A stretch of DNA of 64,000 nucleotides from a virus (Duplodnaviria > Caudoviricetes), in the IMG/VR virus record IMGVR_UViG_3300027759_000043; one strand, given 5' to 3'. This document shows, piece after piece, positions 60,710-64,000 of this stretch; the stretch's first letter is position 1; each line of letters opens with the position of its first letter. The translations under genes and the position numbers were made by a program. The notes beneath the pieces are model-generated. The model did no database searches and was not told the DNA's origin. It was given only the letters and a program-made list of their open reading frames with translations.

Positions 60710-61661
60710 ACAATTGTTGTGTTTCTAGACTTTTCATCAGATGATAATTGTGATCAACTGTTTGTTTCATATCTGCGTACATAGATTCAAGTTCACTGAT
60801 TGACAATTGACTTATACGATCTATTATTTTAGGAATTTCTGTCAGTTGCCACCCTTCGGGATCTTCGCTATAACCTTCGTCCCACCATTGGCCAAAAGTT
60901 TTAAATCCTAATTTTTGTAGTCTTGATAAAAAGTTTTGTGGTCCATGCACAATAAAAGGTGTACGCATCAACATAGGACGCCAAATTTTTTCATCAATAT
61001 AAAATGTATTACCGGACCAATAGGTCAGGTTAACAACTTCAACAAAAAATTCTGGATATAATTTAGTGATGTTAAATGTTGCAGGACTCAAAATAGGGTA
61101 TTGATCAATTTTGTCAGATGTGATAGGCGCAGACTTTATCAATTCTATTGCACTATCAACACAATCCCAGCCATGCTGAGAAAACATCAAATCTTCTAGC
61201 CCTATAAAAGGTCGATGATACTTTTCTGTTGTATCACAATGATACGTTTGTAAAGTTCTTTCACGGTGGTTTCGATAAAGATAACTGCCTAGATACAATC
61301 TAGGACCATTACCGTGTCCTATAAAATGCCCAAAGTGCTTTTGTATTTGTTTACCAACACTGGGAGGTGTATATTTTTGTGCAGTATTTAGATAATACAC
61401 CTGGGGATTAATTATAATATTATAAATGTGATGTTTTTCTACTAGGTTACAGGTAGTTAGGTAAATTTGATTACCTGGGTAATTAAATCTACTGCACATG
61501 TTGTCTAACAGATCATACAAACCGAGACTAATGGCACACGGTCCTTCTCCATTGGCTTTGAGATCTATTCTTGGTAATTGTAGACTCATGGCATGTGCCA
61601 AGTCAATTACAAGTTGATCTCTATTCCAAATAGTACTATTGCTGTTGGCAAATACGATCAT
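60702..61661 (-). CDS. GT10-like glycosyltransferase family protein
   Basis: VEVVNLT..DEKIWRP..PF..GFKTF..WDEGY. Confidence 0.55.
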   Translation of the reverse strand: MIVFANSNSTIWNRDQLVIDLAHAMSLQLPRIDLKANGEGPCAISLGLYDLLDNMCSRFNYPGNQIYLTTCNLVEKHHIYNIIINPQVYYLNTAQKYTPPSVGKQIQKHFGHFIGHGNGPRLYLGSYLYRNHRERTLQTYHCDTTEKYHRPFIGLEDLMFSQHGWDCVDSAIELIKSAPITSDKIDQYPILSPATFNITKLYPEFFVEVVNLTYWSGNTFYIDEKIWRPMLMRTPFIVHGPQNFLSRLQKLGFKTFGQWWDEGYSEDPEGWQLTEIPKIIDRISQLSISELESMYADMKQTVDHNYHLMKSLETQQLYV

Positions 61662-62350
61662 TCAAAATACTTTTTAATGTAGTCAAACGTCTGACTTTGT
61701 GAGAAATTATAACGACCAAATGGTGGTTTCTCACATGATAAATTGTACGGCTCACAAGATGCACTGTTGACTGAGATATTAGGAAAAAATCGATCAATTA
61801 TTATTTGATCTTTGATGGGTTCGCTCACAAGATTTATGTCTTGAATATTGTTGTTGATAATAGTGTTTATATCTTCAACTAATTTATCTAAAGGATAATA
61901 TTGTCTAACTGTATTGGCATTGATTTTATCCAAATACAAACTGTGTTTTAAATCATACAGTATATTTTTTCTAATGTCACTGTGAATCAATGTACACAAT
62001 CTTATCACATGATGATTGTTGAATTGAGTTTTGACAAATTTTTCAAGTTGTCCTCGATTGTGACCATAAACAGTTTCTGGCGCATGTAACACATCAACAG
62101 AACTTATCAAAACAAATCTATCTACTGTGATTGTTTTAAGATAGTCTATTAGCAAACGTATGTTGGATTGATCTTGCTCTGGATACTTGTTGGCCAAAAG
62201 CCTATTGCTCGAGGGAGCGGCGCAATACAAGACATCAAAGTGCTTGCCTTGTATGTCTGAAATGTTTGAAGTGTTGTATTCTAAATCAAATAAAATAGTA
62301 GATTTAAGTACTCCGCCAATCAAGCCTGTATTTCCAATCAACCCAATCAT
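61658..62350 (-). CDS. Rossmann-fold sugar epimerase/reductase (RmlD-like)
   Basis: LIGNTGLIGG, LISSVDV, YG.NR; start reassigned to 62350. Confidence 0.7.
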   Translation of the reverse strand: MIGLIGNTGLIGGVLKSTILFDLEYNTSNISDIQGKHFDVLYCAAPSSNRLLANKYPEQDQSNIRLLIDYLKTITVDRFVLISSVDVLHAPETVYGHNRGQLEKFVKTQFNNHHVIRLCTLIHSDIRKNILYDLKHSLYLDKINANTVRQYYPLDKLVEDINTIINNNIQDINLVSEPIKDQIIIDRFFPNISVNSASCEPYNLSCEKPPFGRYNFSQSQTFDYIKKYFE

Positions 62351-62351
62351 G

Positions 62352-63278
62352 CTACCAACCTTCTTGTGCTCTAATAACATCAATTTCTCGCACCATGATG
62401 CCTTGGTTGTGCCAGTTGCTACGATAGTGGTGTTTAAAGAACCGGCTGGCTTCTGCTGTGAGCATGTGCATGGGCAAGTCCAGTTGTGTGGCCAAATCAT
62501 CTGCCAGTCGATTGGCAATGATTTCTGGTTGATCGTTTTCCACGGTCTTGAAAAGTTCAGCCAGTGCCGCAAAGTTTTGTACCTGTAAGTAATCCCAGTT
62601 AGTAAGCATGGTCATGTATGTGCCTTGCCTTGCACCTGCAATGCTCCAGTAACCATAATCTACATCACCGCCCACATTGTGCCAAATGGTCAAATGATCT
62701 AAGTTTCTTTGATGCACACGATCACGGAATTCACTCACAGTGGGTCTTGCTCCGCGATTCAAACACATTTTGACGCCTTCGCGGAATCCGGCACGCCAGG
62801 CGTGAAATGCTGATCCATTTGGATATGTTACACTATAGCAGTCATGCATGGCCCAGTACAAGGGATCAAAACAAAATTCTATTTGTGTTTCTGTGCGACC
62901 ATCTGTGGCTTCGTGTGTGCGCATGTTGCGTACAAATTCACGTGTCCAGGAACTTAGGCCACCATTGCCGTACATGAGTCCGTTTATATGATTACGTGCT
63001 CTCCATCTAAACACAGCCTGCTCATAATCACCAGCAGGAAAATCCAATGTTTGATTAAAAAACGCCGGGTCCGGGAGGTTGTCTCCATCAATGAGAATAA
63101 ATCTTTCTGTATCACTTGCATCAGCGGCTGCCTTGTGTGCCGCGTCAGAGCCGAATACACCATCAATTCTTTGGGCCCATGGAACCATGTTTTTGATCTT
63201 GACCCAGAATTCTTCTTTTTGTGGCTCATCATATGATAGGTAAATGCAATCTAAATCTGCTATGTCAATCTTGCTCAT
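62352..63278 (-). CDS. GT-A-like glycosyltransferase
   Basis: IYLSYDE, FILIDGDN (DxD), YGNGG, AWRAGFREGVK. Confidence 0.6.
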   Translation of the reverse strand: MSKIDIADLDCIYLSYDEPQKEEFWVKIKNMVPWAQRIDGVFGSDAAHKAAADASDTERFILIDGDNLPDPAFFNQTLDFPAGDYEQAVFRWRARNHINGLMYGNGGLSSWTREFVRNMRTHEATDGRTETQIEFCFDPLYWAMHDCYSVTYPNGSAFHAWRAGFREGVKMCLNRGARPTVSEFRDRVHQRNLDHLTIWHNVGGDVDYGYWSIAGARQGTYMTMLTNWDYLQVQNFAALAELFKTVENDQPEIIANRLADDLATQLDLPMHMLTAEASRFFKHHYRSNWHNQGIMVREIDVIRAQEGW

Positions 63279-63639
63279 ATTGTTTTAATTTCCATTGTTG
63301 GTTGGATTTTTGCTCACTCACAACAACAGCAACATCATTAGGGTAACACGGTGTTCCTGTGCTACTGGGCACCAATTTTGGTGGTCCAGGTCTTTTGCGT
63401 GGTGTTAACACACCATTAACCACACGCACCTGCAGGTCTCTTAATGCAAACTGTTCCGGAGTAAGATCAATGTACTTACCGGGTTGATCTTCATGGCTGT
63501 AAAACAATGGCATGCCCTGATCATCGTAGTAAAGTCTGTGGTAAACTGTTTTGATTTCAGGCCACTCAATGGCGTTCCAAAAGTCTAAGAATTCTTGTTC
63601 AGTCATTTCGCCAATCCTTTTGATGATAATGCACTGCAC
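63265..63639 (-). CDS. Hypothetical protein
   Basis: YRLYYDDQG.PLFYS; start uncertain. Confidence 0.6.
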   Translation of the reverse strand: MQCIIIKRIGEMTEQEFLDFWNAIEWPEIKTVYHRLYYDDQGMPLFYSHEDQPGKYIDLTPEQFALRDLQVRVVNGVLTPRKRPGPPKLVPSSTGTPCYPNDVAVVVSEQKSNQQWKLKQYEQD

Positions 63640-64000
63640 CCCACTGAGCCACTGTGTTGAATCTCAAAGGATTATTTTCCCAAATTAACTCCTGTGTCCA
63701 ATTTTGCGTGTGCGTAGGAATCATATGGCGTTTCATATGCACAATCCGGGGATAACTTGCAAACGGCATAGTTACTTGTTCTGGTCCCATAATTTGTGCG
63801 GCCATAGCATATACTAAATCTGTAGAAGCCTCTTCATCTGGAAACTTTAGTAATGTTCGATATTCAGTCCAGTTTTCAAAAATATTTCGCACCAATTGAA
63901 AAAACTCTTTTGCTGTTTGACTCACTCGCCAATAGGTTATGGCATTGTAAACATCGGGCAAGTGGTTGGCATCAAACACTTTTCTATAATATCTACTGGT
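63599..64000 (-). CDS. Glycosyltransferase-like protein, 5'-truncated by window edge
   Basis: Frame open to 64000; LPDVYNA, TDLVYA, HMK, HYH. Confidence 0.45.
   Translation of the reverse strand, partial: TSRYYRKVFDANHLPDVYNAITYWRVSQTAKEFFQLVRNIFENWTEYRTLLKFPDEEASTDLVYAMAAQIMGPEQVTMPFASYPRIVHMKRHMIPTHTQNWTQELIWENNPLRFNTVAQWGAVHYHQKDWRND

Noticed and set aside
62351-62572. N-terminal extension of ORF 61658-62572
   Set aside because: It overlaps the coding 3' end of 62352-63278, and the Rossmann motif starts at ATG 62350.
1-64000. Alternative genetic code, integrase/transposase, reverse transcriptase (DGR/retron), introns or rRNA
   Set aside because: Recognisable genes are full-length under the standard code with all three stops used. 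No such motifs or gene interruptions were seen.

Overview
Dense, standard-code, phage-like DNA, most consistent with a large T4-like (myovirus-type) phage of aquatic Proteobacteria. This is inferred from a T4-type RNase H, TAAATA late-promoter motifs, thyX and a tRNA cluster; no virion genes lie in the window. 0-12 kb: 7-deazaguanine precursor genes (folE, queD, queE) interleaved with glycosyltransferases, a B12-binding radical SAM and methyltransferases. 12-23 kb: nucleic-acid metabolism, repeated early-promoter cassettes, an AT-rich PP-loop/amidinotransferase island and ahpC-aldolase-ahpD. 23-32.4 kb: RNA-rich region with 12 tRNA or tRNA-like genes, at least six unannotated structured RNAs and a two-piece (permuted) tmRNA. 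32-43 kb: rpoZ, MoxR/VWA, thyX and sugar-nucleotide enzymes. 44-64 kb: mostly minus-strand cluster of six radical SAM enzymes, GT-like and SGNH-like proteins and a carbamoyltransferase. The best candidates for undescribed biology are: (i) the array of long-stem-closed ncRNAs interdigitated with tRNAs; (ii) a preQ1-I-like aptamer plus SD-sequestering hairpin in front of queD; (iii) the alpha-type permuted tmRNA together with genes whose stop codons lie inside tRNAs; (iv) the radical SAM/glycosyltransferase tailoring cluster. All protein calls come from motif recognition by eye and all RNA pairings were derived by hand; no database searches were run.
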